Positions 1-11,674 are shown, numbered from the stretch's first letter. The stretch is DNA of 52,093 nucleotides from an uncultured Gammaproteobacteria bacterium (GCA_964604515.1 CAZRZA010000004.1:1-52093), one strand, 5' to 3'. Notes: a model not told the origin generated them from the letters alone. Numbers and translations: made by a program.

Positions 1-1
1 A

Positions 2-1564
2 GATATTAAAAGTATTATTAATTTAAATCATTTAGCTAATAAAAAAGCTTGGTCTCTTTTTTATACTTTAAAAGTATATCAGAATCATATTCAACTAAAT
101 ATAGCTGATCAAAGATCTATAGAAAGACTATTAAAACAGATAGATGATCATACAGAATTAGCTAAATCTAAACCTATATATCAAGTAATATATACTTGGT
201 TAGAAGAATCTGGCTATTTAAAGCTCTTAACTATAGAAGATAGTCAAAAGAATAAAGAACAATTAGATTTTCTTAATCAATTCTTTAAAGAATTAAAAGA
301 ATGGGAAGAAGAATCTTTAAACAGTGATAGTATTCATAATTTTCTAGAAACTATGTCTCTAAAGTTAGAGTCAGGAGAATTAGGTAGCATACAATATGAT
401 GCTGAATCTGGTCCAGAGGTAGTTAAAGTCATGACTGTTCATGGTTCAAAGGGCTTAGAATTTAAATATGTCTTTATTACTAATTTAGTACACTTAAGGT
501 TTCCAAGTATAGAGAGAAAAGATCCTATTGAAATACCATTAGAATTAATTAAAGAAACATTACCAGAAGGTGATGCTCATTTAGAAGAAGAAAGAAGATT
601 ATTCTATGTTGCTTTAACTAGAGCTAAAGAAGAGGCCTTTTTAACTTATGCTGAAGATTATGGTGGTAGTAGAAAAAAGAAACCTTCTCGTTTTATTACC
701 GAAATTGAAATTCCCTATCAAAGTATTAGAAGTAGTAAAGAAATAGAAGAGGTAAAAGATATAGATGATGGTTCAAAGAAAGCAATACATTCTATTCCCA
801 AAACATTTTCTTTTTCTCAATTAAAAGCCTATGATACTTGTCCTCGTCAGTATTATTATTCTCATGTTATTAAGTTAAGAGGAGCTGGTAAACCATCTTT
901 TTCTTTTGGTAAGGCTATGCATAGTAGCCTGCATAAATTCTTTAAATTAATAGTAAAGAATAAAGAAGATAGTCAACAGAATTTATTTAAAGAAGAAAAG
1001 AAAATAAAAGATCCTTCTCTAAAACAATTATTAGAATTCTATGAAGAATCTTGGATAGAGGATTGGTATGAATCTGAAAAACAAAAAAAAGAATATAAAC
1101 AAAAAGGAGAAGAAATATTAACAGAATATTATCAAAAGTATAAAGGTAAGTTTCCTATTCCTTTATTCCTAGAAAAAGGTTTTAATATTAAAATAAAAGA
1201 TAATAGTCTCAGGGGTGTTTTTGATAGAGTAGATCCTATTGGTAAAGATAAATGGGAAATAATAGATTATAAAACAGGTCAGGTTAAAGATAAATTAACT
1301 TTTGAAGACAAAAAACAATTATTAATATATCAAATAGCAGCAGAAGATGTTTTTCAAACTAAAGTAAAGAATTTAACTTTCTATTATTTAAATGAAAATA
1401 CTCCTGTTTCTTTTGTTGGAACAGATAAAGAAATTGAAAAAACTAAATTATGGATAATAGATGTTATTAATAATATCAAGAAACAAGACTTCACAGCTAC
1501 TCCAGGATTTATGTGTCAATATTGTGATTATAATAAAATATGTCCTTCTGTTAAAAAGAATTAA
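2..1564 (+). CDS. UvrD/PcrA-type SF1 helicase fused to C-terminal PD-(D/E)XK RecB/AddB-like nuclease (5' truncated by window)
   Basis: Frame is open from position 2. Helicase motifs VMTVHGSKGLEF and EERRLFYVALTRA; nuclease motifs SFSQL, RGVFDRVD, IIDYKTG, QLLIY; Cys pattern CP...CQYCDYNKIC. Confidence 0.9.
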   Translation, partial: DIKSIINLNHLANKKAWSLFYTLKVYQNHIQLNIADQRSIERLLKQIDDHTELAKSKPIYQVIYTWLEESGYLKLLTIEDSQKNKEQLDFLNQFFKELKEWEEESLNSDSIHNFLETMSLKLESGELGSIQYDAESGPEVVKVMTVHGSKGLEFKYVFITNLVHLRFPSIERKDPIEIPLELIKETLPEGDAHLEEERRLFYVALTRAKEEAFLTYAEDYGGSRKKKPSRFITEIEIPYQSIRSSKEIEEVKDIDDGSKKAIHSIPKTFSFSQLKAYDTCPRQYYYSHVIKLRGAGKPSFSFGKAMHSSLHKFFKLIVKNKEDSQQNLFKEEKKIKDPSLKQLLEFYEESWIEDWYESEKQKKEYKQKGEEILTEYYQKYKGKFPIPLFLEKGFNIKIKDNSLRGVFDRVDPIGKDKWEIIDYKTGQVKDKLTFEDKKQLLIYQIAAEDVFQTKVKNLTFYYLNENTPVSFVGTDKEIEKTKLWIIDVINNIKKQDFTATPGFMCQYCDYNKICPSVKKN

Positions 1565-1565
1565 T

Positions 1566-1862
1566 ATGGCTTGGAAAGGTATCAAAGAACAATTGAATAA
1601 GAATTTAAGATCAAAAGGCATTGAAGGACAAGTACAAGAGTCTTTGGTAATAGATTTAGCTAATGATTTAATGATAGAGATTTGGGGTATAGAAATAGAG
1701 AAAAAAGCAAGAGTTGTTTATTTTAGAAATGATATTTTAACTATCGCTATATTATATAGCTATATAGAAGAAGAATTTGAATTCCATAAAGATAACTTTA
1801 TTAAACATTTAAATAAAGAATTAGGTAATAATATAATTAAAGATTTAAGATTTTTAAGTTGA
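1566..1862 (+). CDS. DciA/DUF721-like small protein
   Basis: Start moved to ATG 1566, just after the helicase stop. About 98 aa with W...ARVVYFRNDILTIAI...LNKELG..IIKDLRF pattern typical of DUF721. Confidence 0.6.
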   Translation: MAWKGIKEQLNKNLRSKGIEGQVQESLVIDLANDLMIEIWGIEIEKKARVVYFRNDILTIAILYSYIEEEFEFHKDNFIKHLNKELGNNIIKDLRFLS

Positions 1863-1887
1863 TTTATAATCTTTTTTTTGATATTAT
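1859..1887 (+). promoter_or_regulatory. sigma70-type promoter
   Basis: TTGATT-17bp-TATTAT with extended TG. Confidence 0.5.
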
Positions 1888-1894
1888 TAGGCTA

Positions 1895-2281
1895 ATGGGA
1901 CAAAAAAAATATAGTTTAATTATACTCTTAACCACTATTTTAGCTTGGTTAGCTTTTTTTATTGTTCTTAATAATTTTGATCCTCAAGAAGCCTCTGCTT
2001 TAATATTCTTTTTCTTTTACTTTACTCTCTTTTTAAGTATCTTTGGTATCTTTCTATTACTATTATCTCAAATTCGTTTCTGGAAGAATAAACAAAGAAA
2101 TATGGAAAGAGTTATAATATTAGAATCATTACAACAAGCAATATTAATTTCTTTAGTATTTACCATTGCTTTAATATTACAAGCTAGCAGAATATTAACT
2201 TGGTGGAATACCATACTATTAATAATAGTAGCGACTATGTTTGAATTTGTGATTTTAGCTTTTAAGAGTAAAAAAGTATAA
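1895..2281 (+). CDS. Four-TM hypothetical membrane protein
   Basis: Four hydrophobic segments; ATG 1895 lies downstream of the promoter; coupled to pheS. Confidence 0.7.
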   Translation: MGQKKYSLIILLTTILAWLAFFIVLNNFDPQEASALIFFFFYFTLFLSIFGIFLLLLSQIRFWKNKQRNMERVIILESLQQAILISLVFTIALILQASRILTWWNTILLIIVATMFEFVILAFKSKKV

Positions 2282-2282
2282 T

Positions 2283-3290
2283 ATGGATAAAAGATTAAAA
2301 GAATTAAAAAATAAAGTTAAAGAAGAATTAAATAATATTAAAGATAATAAGATATTGTTAGATTTGAAAACTAAATATTTAGGTCGGAAAGGTGAATTAA
2401 CCAAGATATTAAAAGAAGTCAAAAACTTAAGTAAAGAAGAAAAACCTAAAATAGGTAAATTAGCTAATGAAGTAAAAGAAGAGCTAATTAAGATATTTGA
2501 GAAGACAGAAAAGATATTAAAAGGTAATGGTTCAGATAATATTTCTTTTGATGCTAGTATGCCTGGTCAAGAAAAAGAAGTAGGCAATATTCATCCCTCA
2601 ACTACTATTCAATATGAAATAGAAGAATCTTTTCAGCAATTAGGCTTCAAAGTATATGATGGACCTCAATTAGAATCAGAATATTATAACTTTACTGCTT
2701 TGAATATACCAGAAGATCATCCAGCTCGAGACACTCAAGATACTTTTTGGGTAGAGAATAATAATATATTAAGAACTCATACTTCTAATTTACAAGTTAG
2801 AGCATTAGAAAAAGAAGGAGCACCTTTTAGAGGTATATTTCCGGGGAGAGTATTTCGTAATGAATCTACTGATTCTTCTCATGATCATACTTTTTATCAA
2901 TTAGAGGGCTTAATGGTTGATAAGGATATAAATATAGGTAATTTAATAGCCACCATGAAAGTGTTATTATCTTCTGTTTTTAAAACTAATGTTGACATTA
3001 GACTAAGGCCTGGTTTTTTTCCTTTTGTGGAACCAGGATTTGAAATGGATATTAAATGTTTAGTATGTGAAGGAGAGGGTTGTTCGGTCTGTAAACAGTC
3101 TGGTTGGGTAGAATTAATGCCTTGTGGCCTAATACATCCTAAGGTATTAGAAGCAGGGGGCATAGATAGCAAAGAGTATTCAGGATTTGCTTTTGGTTTA
3201 GGATTAACTCGCTTGGTAATGATGAAGTACAAGATTGATGATATTAGATTATTAGAAGAGGGAGACTTAAGATTCTTAAAGCAGTTTTAA
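2283..3290 (+). CDS. pheS: Phenylalanine-tRNA ligase alpha subunit
   Basis: HPARDTQDTF, LRTHTS, FFPFVEPG, GFAFGLG motifs. Confidence 0.98.
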   Translation: MDKRLKELKNKVKEELNNIKDNKILLDLKTKYLGRKGELTKILKEVKNLSKEEKPKIGKLANEVKEELIKIFEKTEKILKGNGSDNISFDASMPGQEKEVGNIHPSTTIQYEIEESFQQLGFKVYDGPQLESEYYNFTALNIPEDHPARDTQDTFWVENNNILRTHTSNLQVRALEKEGAPFRGIFPGRVFRNESTDSSHDHTFYQLEGLMVDKDINIGNLIATMKVLLSSVFKTNVDIRLRPGFFPFVEPGFEMDIKCLVCEGEGCSVCKQSGWVELMPCGLIHPKVLEAGGIDSKEYSGFAFGLGLTRLVMMKYKIDDIRLLEEGDLRFLKQF

Positions 3291-3291
3291 T

Positions 3292-5712
3292 ATGTATTTA
3301 TCACTAGAATGGGTAAAAGATTATTTAAAATTACCTAAAAAAACAGATCAAGAATTAGCCTTAGACTTAACTATGTCTACTGTAGAGGTAGAAGAGGTTT
3401 TTAAGGTACAAAATACCTTAAAAGATATTGTGATAGGTAAAATAAAAGAAATAGAAAAACATCCGCAAGCTGATAGATTGCAAGTAACTAAGGTAGACTT
3501 AGGAAATGAAGTAGAACAAATAGTATGCGGGGGCTCTAATTTATATAAAGGAATGTTAGTGGCTGTAGCTAAAGTTGGTTCTTTGGTAAAATGGCATGGG
3601 GAAGGAGAATGTATTAAATTAGAAAAAGTTAAAATTAGAGGAGTAGAAAGCAGAGGAATGATAGTTGCTAGTTCAGAAATAGGGTTAGCTAATTTATTTC
3701 CTCAAGAAAATGAAAGAGAGATTTTAGACTTATCACATTTAAGAACCAGAGCAGGCGTTTTATTATCTACAGCTTTAGAATTAGATGATACAGTAATTGA
3801 TATAGATAATAAATCTATTAATCATCGACCAGATCTTTGGGGACAATATGGTTTGGCCAGAGAATTAGCTGCTATTTATAAATTAAAATTAAAAGAATAT
3901 AAAATACCAGAATTAGAAATAAGAAAAGAAGAAAAACTAAAAGTTTCTGTGAAAGACAAAGAAAACTGTTATCGTTATTTAGGTTTAATTATTAAAAATA
4001 TAAAAGTAGAAGATAGTCCTTATTGGCTGAAGAAAAGACTATTCTCTGTTGGCCTTAAATCTATTAATAATATTGTTGATGTCACTAATTATGTCATGTA
4101 TGAATTAGGACAACCTTTACATGCTTTTGATGCTCAAGAAGTGGTGGATAATAAAATAATAGTAAAAAAAGCTCAAGAAGGAGAAGAATTTGTTACCCTA
4201 GATGGTGAAAAAAGAAAATTACCTCAAGACGCTCTAATGATAGCAGATAGTGATAAGTATTTAGCTTTAGCTGGTATTATGGGAGGATTAAATAGTGAAA
4301 TAAAGAAAAGAAGTACAGAAATAATATTAGAATCAGCTAACTTTAAGGCTTCTAATATTAGAAAAACATCTACTAAATTAGGTTTAAGAAGTGAGAGTTC
4401 TGCTCGTTTTGAAAAGTCTTTAGATCCTGTTATAGCAGAATTAGCTATTAAAAGAGCGGCGCAATTAATATTAGAATTTAATCCTGAAGCCTATATAGCT
4501 TCTAAAGTAGTAGATGTAAATAATAATCCTTTTCCTAAACTAGAATTAAAAGTTTCGGAAGAATTAATTAATAAGAGATTTGGGGTTATAATACCGACCA
4601 GAGAAATTAAAGATATACTAGAAAGATTGCAATTTGATATTAAATATAAATCTGGTAACTTTTTTATTAAAGTACCTAGTTTTAGAGCGACAAAAGACAT
4701 AAGTATTGCTGAAGATATAGTAGAAGAAGTAGCTAGAATACATGGTTATGATAATATTGACTCTAAATTACCAAGAGTAGAATTACAAAAACCTAATTTA
4801 GATATTTCTTTAAATAGAGAAAAAGATATTAAATATTATTTAGCCTTAGGTCATCAATATAATGAAATATATACTTATCCTTTTACCAATATAATTTGGG
4901 CTCAGAAATTAAATTTAGATTTAGAGAACAATCATATTAAAGTTATTAATCCAATGAGTCCCGAACAATCTTTTTTAAATATCTCTCTATTACCAAATCT
5001 TTTAAATAAAGCGGAAGAGAATTTAAGATACTTTAAAGAATTTAAGATATTTGAATTAGAAAGAGTATTTAATAAATTAAAAGATGGTAAATATAAATTA
5101 ACTAAAGATAGTAAAAATTTCCTACCAGAACAAGAGAAACATTTAACGGGCTTAGAAATTAAAGAGGGTAGTGACCAGGACTCCTTTACTTCTTTAAAGG
5201 GGACTATTAATGCTTTAGAAAAACACTGGAATATAGAGTGGCAGAAAGAAAAAACTTCATTATCTTATGCTTCTTTAGCTTATAATATTAAATATCAAGA
5301 TATAGTTTTAGGTAACTTTGGTTTATTGAATAAAGAATTAAGTCCTGATAAGAAGAATATAGCTTTTTGGGATATTAACTTTAGTACTTTAATAAAATAT
5401 ATTAATGATCATAAAGAGTATATTCCTTTAGCTAAGTATCCTAGCATAGAAAGAGATATAGCTGTTATTATAGAGAGAAAAACAAGTTGGAAAGAAATAG
5501 AAGAAGAAATATATAAAGCATCTTCTCTAATAGTTGAAGTGAATCCTTTTGATGTTTATAGTGGTCGAGGAGTAGAAGATGGTAAAAAATCATTAGCTTT
5601 TCATATTGAATTTAGAAGTAAAGATAGAACTTTAATTACGAAAGAAATAGATCAAATAATTAATAGTATTTTGAAGGTTTTGGCTCAGAAATTTAAGGCT
5701 AAACTTCGCTAA
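3292..5712 (+). CDS. pheT: Phenylalanine-tRNA ligase beta subunit
   Basis: HPQADRL, IVCGGSN, RGVESRGM, INNIVDVTNYVM, C-terminal FDX-ACB domain (KKSLAF). Confidence 0.98.
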   Translation: MYLSLEWVKDYLKLPKKTDQELALDLTMSTVEVEEVFKVQNTLKDIVIGKIKEIEKHPQADRLQVTKVDLGNEVEQIVCGGSNLYKGMLVAVAKVGSLVKWHGEGECIKLEKVKIRGVESRGMIVASSEIGLANLFPQENEREILDLSHLRTRAGVLLSTALELDDTVIDIDNKSINHRPDLWGQYGLARELAAIYKLKLKEYKIPELEIRKEEKLKVSVKDKENCYRYLGLIIKNIKVEDSPYWLKKRLFSVGLKSINNIVDVTNYVMYELGQPLHAFDAQEVVDNKIIVKKAQEGEEFVTLDGEKRKLPQDALMIADSDKYLALAGIMGGLNSEIKKRSTEIILESANFKASNIRKTSTKLGLRSESSARFEKSLDPVIAELAIKRAAQLILEFNPEAYIASKVVDVNNNPFPKLELKVSEELINKRFGVIIPTREIKDILERLQFDIKYKSGNFFIKVPSFRATKDISIAEDIVEEVARIHGYDNIDSKLPRVELQKPNLDISLNREKDIKYYLALGHQYNEIYTYPFTNIIWAQKLNLDLENNHIKVINPMSPEQSFLNISLLPNLLNKAEENLRYFKEFKIFELERVFNKLKDGKYKLTKDSKNFLPEQEKHLTGLEIKEGSDQDSFTSLKGTINALEKHWNIEWQKEKTSLSYASLAYNIKYQDIVLGNFGLLNKELSPDKKNIAFWDINFSTLIKYINDHKEYIPLAKYPSIERDIAVIIERKTSWKEIEEEIYKASSLIVEVNPFDVYSGRGVEDGKKSLAFHIEFRSKDRTLITKEIDQIINSILKVLAQKFKAKLR

Positions 5713-5736
5713 TATTAGCCAAATAATATGATAGAT

Positions 5737-5763
5737 AAAAAACAAGTTTTCTCTTGTTTTTTT
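5737..5763 (+). terminator. Weak intrinsic terminator-like hairpin after pheT
   Basis: AAAAAACAAG-loop-CTTGTTTTTT. Confidence 0.4.
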
Positions 5764-5796
5764 ATTACTTTTATGCTACTATTAATTAGTAAATAA

Positions 5797-7800
<2,004 letters not shown>

Positions 7801-7818
7801 TATATCATAAGAGGGGAC

Positions 7819-7847
7819 TTGCCAAGATTCTTTTTTTATGATATATT
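7819..7847 (+). promoter_or_regulatory. Promoter for secE-nusG-rplKA
   Basis: TTGCCA-17bp-TATATT with extended TG; followed by hairpin AAACAGC..GCTGTTT. Confidence 0.55.
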
Positions 7848-7898
7848 ATTGTTATTAAACAGCACAGAGGGGCTGTTTTAAAAAACTTAAATTATAAT

Positions 7899-8081
7899 AT
7901 GAAAAAATTATTAAATTATTTAAAAGGAGCTAAAGAAGAATTAGCTAAAGTAGTTTGGCCTACCAAAGACACTACTATTAAACATACGATAGTAGTTATT
8001 GCTATTTCTTTAAGTATTGCTATATTTTTAGGTAGTATTGATTTTTTTCTAAATAAAGTTTTAGAAACTATTATTAAATAA
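7899..8081 (+). CDS. secE: Preprotein translocase subunit SecE
   Basis: ELAKVVWP motif, single TM, upstream of nusG. Confidence 0.95.
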   Translation: MKKLLNYLKGAKEELAKVVWPTKDTTIKHTIVVIAISLSIAIFLGSIDFFLNKVLETIIK

Positions 8082-8088
8082 TAAAACT

Positions 8089-8634
8089 ATGCCTAAACAA
8101 AACCTACAACAAGGTAAACGTTGGTATGTTCTACATACTTATTCAGGCTATGAAGAAAATGTTTCTCGTAATCTAAAACAAAGAATAGAATCAATGGATA
8201 TGGAGGATAAGATTTTTGATATCCTTATTCCTTTAGAAACAAAGATTAAGATAAAGAATGGAAAAAGAAAGAAAGTACAAGAAAAGATCTTTCCAGGCTA
8301 TGTTTTGGTTTGTATGGTTGTTACAGATGCTTCTTGGTATGTAGTTAGAAATACACCTAATGTTACTGGTTTTGTAGGGTCGGGCAATACTCCTACTCCT
8401 GTTTCTGAAGAAGAGATTAAATCTTTGAAAGATAGAATGGGTAATGATGAGCCAGAATTTAAAATAGACATGGCTAAGGGTGATAATGTTCAAATAGTAG
8501 ATGGACCCTTTAAAGATTTTGAAGGTAAAATATCAGAAGTTGATGAAGCGAGAGGTAAGGCTAAAGTATTGGTATCTATGTTTGGTAGAGAAACACCTGT
8601 CGAATTAGATTTTTTACAAATTAAAAAGAATTAA
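8089..8634 (+). CDS. nusG: Transcription termination/antitermination factor NusG
   Basis: WYVLHTYSGYE, FPGYVLV, KOW motif, FGRETPVELDF. Confidence 0.98.
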   Translation: MPKQNLQQGKRWYVLHTYSGYEENVSRNLKQRIESMDMEDKIFDILIPLETKIKIKNGKRKKVQEKIFPGYVLVCMVVTDASWYVVRNTPNVTGFVGSGNTPTPVSEEEIKSLKDRMGNDEPEFKIDMAKGDNVQIVDGPFKDFEGKISEVDEARGKAKVLVSMFGRETPVELDFLQIKKN

Positions 8635-8635
8635 A

Positions 8636-8674
8636 AGAGGGAGCTTTACTTAGTCTCTAAGGTGTTTGACCTCT
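8636..8674 (+). promoter_or_regulatory. Putative ribosomal protein L1-binding leader, copy 1
   Basis: AGAGG/CCTCT stem with GA..GA internal loop; 37/39 identical to copy at 9120. Confidence 0.7.
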
Positions 8675-8688
8675 AAAATAATAAATAT

Positions 8689-9114
8689 ATGGCTAAACAA
8701 TTAAAACAATTAGTAAAATTACAAATACAAGCTGGTAAAGCTAATCCAGCACCACCAGTTGGTACAGCTCTAGGTCCCCATGGTGTTGATATTCAAACTT
8801 TCTGCTCTCAATTTAATGAAGCTACTAAAGATAGAATGGGAGAAGTAGTGCCAGTTGATTTATCTATTTATGAAGATAGAACTTTTGATTTTGTTTTAAA
8901 AACAGCACCTGCTTCAGATATGATTAAAAAGAAAATAAACCTTAAAAAAGGATCTGGTAATCCTTTACAAGAAAAAGTTGGTAAATTAACTGAAGCTCAA
9001 TTAACAGAAATAGCAGAAGCTAAAATGCCAGACCTTAATGCTAATGACATTGAAGCAGCTAAGAAGATTATAGCTGGTACAGCTCAACAAATGGGTGTTG
9101 AAATTAAGAAATAA
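8689..9114 (+). CDS. rplK: 50S ribosomal protein uL11
   Basis: [22 protein letters not shown]. Confidence 0.98.
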   Translation: MAKQLKQLVKLQIQAGKANPAPPVGTALGPHGVDIQTFCSQFNEATKDRMGEVVPVDLSIYEDRTFDFVLKTAPASDMIKKKINLKKGSGNPLQEKVGKLTEAQLTEIAEAKMPDLNANDIEAAKKIIAGTAQQMGVEIKK

Positions 9115-9119
9115 ATAAG

Positions 9120-9158
9120 AGAGGGAACCTTACTTAGTCTCTAAGGTGTTTGACCTCT
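9120..9158 (+). promoter_or_regulatory. Putative ribosomal protein L1-binding leader, copy 2
   Basis: AGAGGGAACCTTACTTAGTCTCTAAGGTGTTTGACCTCT, directly upstream of rplA. Confidence 0.7.
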
Positions 9159-9172
9159 AAAATATTAAATAT

Positions 9173-9850
9173 ATGAGTAAAAGATTAAAGGAAGCGAGAG
9201 AAAAGATAGAAGCAGGAAAACTATATGATATAGCAGAAGCTATAGAATTAGTAAAAGAAACTTCTAAAGTTAAATTTGATGCTTCTGTAGAAGTACATAT
9301 TAATTTAGGTATTGATCCTAAAAAAGGTGATCAAATAATAAGAGGGTCTGTAATACTACCAAAAGGAACTGGTAAGAAGGTAAGGATTGCTGCTTTTGTA
9401 CCTGAAGATCAAATTAAAAAAGCTAAAGATGCGGGAGCAGATTTAGTAGGAGCAGAAGATTTAATAAATAAAATAAAGAAAACCTCTAAAACAGACTTTG
9501 ATATTGCAGTAACTACTCCAGAAATGATGAAGAACTTATCTGTTATTGCTAGAATATTAGGTCAAAAAGGTTTAATGCCTAATCCTAAAACAGGAACCAT
9601 TTCTCCAGATTTAGAAAAAATGATTGGTGAATTAAAGAAAGGTAAAATTTCATACAAAAATGATGATACTTCTAATGTTCATATTATGATCGGCAAAATA
9701 TCTTTTGAGAATAAAGACTTGGTAGAAAACTTTAATACTTTTTTTGAGTCCTTAAAGAAAACTAAGCCTAATAGTTTAAAAAATACTTTTATTAATAGCA
9801 TTACCATTGCTTCTTCTATGGGGCCAGGAATAAAAGTAAAAACTAATTAA
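9173..9850 (+). CDS. rplA: 50S ribosomal protein uL1
   Basis: KFDASVE, LPKGTGK, GLMPNPKTGT, SMGPG. Confidence 0.98.
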   Translation: MSKRLKEAREKIEAGKLYDIAEAIELVKETSKVKFDASVEVHINLGIDPKKGDQIIRGSVILPKGTGKKVRIAAFVPEDQIKKAKDAGADLVGAEDLINKIKKTSKTDFDIAVTTPEMMKNLSVIARILGQKGLMPNPKTGTISPDLEKMIGELKKGKISYKNDDTSNVHIMIGKISFENKDLVENFNTFFESLKKTKPNSLKNTFINSITIASSMGPGIKVKTN

Positions 9851-9860
9851 AGATAATTAT

Positions 9861-9896
9861 AATAAAACCTACTTTAAAAGTAGGTTTTATTTATTT
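9861..9896 (+). terminator. Intrinsic terminator after rplA
   Basis: Inverted repeat AATAAAACCTACTTT / AAAGTAGGTTTTATT. Confidence 0.8.
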
Positions 9897-9905
9897 AACA
9901 AATAT

Positions 9906-9934
9906 TTGTCTTACTTAGAAAAATATTATAAACT
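9906..9934 (+). promoter_or_regulatory. Promoter for pepA
   Basis: TTGTCT-17bp-TAAACT. Confidence 0.4.
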
Positions 9935-9967
9935 AAGAAAAGTGATATTAAGTAAATAAAGAAATAT

Positions 9968-11425
9968 ATGGAATTAAAATTAAAGAAAAAAATAAACCAA
10001 GATGATCTTGATTTGATAATTATACCAGTATTAATTAATAATGTTCAAAAAGTAATAAAAGATTTAGCTTTAGAAAAGAAGTCTGATTTAGAAAATTTTC
10101 AAGGGAAGAGAGATCAATTACTTATTACAGATAATATTATAGTATTAGGAACAGGAAAAGATAAGAAATTAGAAAAAGAGGATTGGCGAATAATAGCTGC
10201 TAATATTATTTCTTATTTAAAAAAATATAAGGCTCATAGTATAGGATTAAGAGTTTCTCAATATTTATTAGGTAATAAAGATATTAATGGTTTAGGACAG
10301 TCTTTAGCAGAAGGATTATTATTAGCTAATTATTCTTTTCTTAAATATAAAAAAGAAGATAAAGATAGTATTAAAGTTAAAATAGATACTCTAAATATAG
10401 AAATAAAAGATAAAGATAAATTAAACTTTAAAAAAGGTTGGGCTAAAGGAATATTATTAGCTGAAGGAACAATGAAGGGAAGAGATTTAGTTAATGAACC
10501 AGCAGGTATAATGACTCCTACTTTTTTAGCTCAAGAAGCTTTAAATATAGCTAAAGATAATAGTAATATTTCTGTAAAAGTATTAGAAAAAAAAGAAATA
10601 AAAAAATTAAATATGAATGCTTTTTTAGGAATAGACCAGGGCTCTGATCAAGATCCTAAATTTATACATTTAATATATAAACCAAAAGGTAAAATTAAAG
10701 ATAAAATAGGTCTAGTAGGTAAGGGTATTACTTTTGATAGTGGGGGTTTAAATATTAAGCCAGGAAACTCTATGATAGATATGAAAATAGACATGGGTGG
10801 TTCAGCTACAGTAATAGGTCTTTTTTCTGTCTTAGGGCAATTAAAGCCCTCTGTAGAGGTTCATGGTATTATTGCGGCTTGTGAAAATATGCCTTCTGGT
10901 AAAGCTTTAAAGCCGGGAGATGTAATTAGTAATATGCAAGGCAAGAGCATTGAAATAGGTAATACAGATGCGGAGGGAAGAGTTACTTTGGCTGATTCTT
11001 TAGCTTATGCTCAAAAAGAAGGCTTAAAAACTATTATAGATTTAGCTACCTTAACAGGAGCGATAATGGTTGGTTTAGGATCTAATTATGCTGGTTTATA
11101 TGCTAATGATAATAAATTAAATAATTCTTTATTAAAATCAGCTAAAGTAGCAGGAGAAAAATTATGGTCTATGCCTTTACCGGAAGAGTATCAAGAATTA
11201 AATAAAAGTAATATTGCAGATATAAGGAATATAGCTAGCACTCGTTATGGAGGCTCTATAACAGCTGCATTATTTTTACAATTTTTTATTGAAGATAATA
11301 TAAGTTGGGCTCATTTAGATATAGCAGGACCAGCTTATGCTGAAAAACCTTTGAATAATTACACACCTTTGGGTGGTGTAGGATTTGGCATTAGAACTCT
11401 TTTAGAATATTTGCTTGAGAAGTAA
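9968..11425 (+). CDS. pepA: Leucyl aminopeptidase (M17)
   Basis: GKGITFDSGG, MKIDMGG, NTDAEGR, DLATLTGA, WAHLDIAG. Confidence 0.96.
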   Translation: MELKLKKKINQDDLDLIIIPVLINNVQKVIKDLALEKKSDLENFQGKRDQLLITDNIIVLGTGKDKKLEKEDWRIIAANIISYLKKYKAHSIGLRVSQYLLGNKDINGLGQSLAEGLLLANYSFLKYKKEDKDSIKVKIDTLNIEIKDKDKLNFKKGWAKGILLAEGTMKGRDLVNEPAGIMTPTFLAQEALNIAKDNSNISVKVLEKKEIKKLNMNAFLGIDQGSDQDPKFIHLIYKPKGKIKDKIGLVGKGITFDSGGLNIKPGNSMIDMKIDMGGSATVIGLFSVLGQLKPSVEVHGIIAACENMPSGKALKPGDVISNMQGKSIEIGNTDAEGRVTLADSLAYAQKEGLKTIIDLATLTGAIMVGLGSNYAGLYANDNKLNNSLLKSAKVAGEKLWSMPLPEEYQELNKSNIADIRNIASTRYGGSITAALFLQFFIEDNISWAHLDIAGPAYAEKPLNNYTPLGGVGFGIRTLLEYLLEK

Positions 11426-11454
11426 TTGACAATATTAATTATTTAAGGTATTTT
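11426..11454 (+). promoter_or_regulatory. Promoter with no sizeable downstream CDS
   Basis: TTGACA-17bp-TATTTT. Confidence 0.55.
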
Positions 11455-11460
11455 ATAAGT

Positions 11461-11673
11461 GTTTGTAGATGTACGAACTACTTGAAACCATGTTTGTTAG
11501 CCATGATTAGTATATATTAAGAATTAGATTATGGGAGGTCTAATTTTAGAGAGTATATATTATAATTTATTTTTAATTTATTAAAAATAAAACTTCTGTA
11601 TTTATTGCAGAATTAGTACATTGTTCATTAGTAACAAAAAGAGGCTATATATTTATATATAGCCTCTATTTTT
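11461..11673 (+). ncRNA. Candidate structured small RNA (about 210 nt)
   Basis: Bounded by promoter and terminator; 5-6 consecutive hairpins with G-U pairs; only a 13-codon ORF. Confidence 0.4.
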
Positions 11674-11674
11674 T
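11636..11674. terminator. Bidirectional intrinsic terminator
   Basis: AAAAAGAGGCTATATAT-TT-ATATATAGCCTCTATTTTTT between convergent units. Confidence 0.8.

Noticed and set aside
860-1564. Cas4-like nuclease suggesting a CRISPR-Cas locus
   Set aside because: It is fused to a UvrD helicase; no cas1/cas2 and no repeat-spacer array in the window
3055-3095. CxxC..GCxxC insert in PheS
   Set aside because: Known feature of many bacterial PheS proteins
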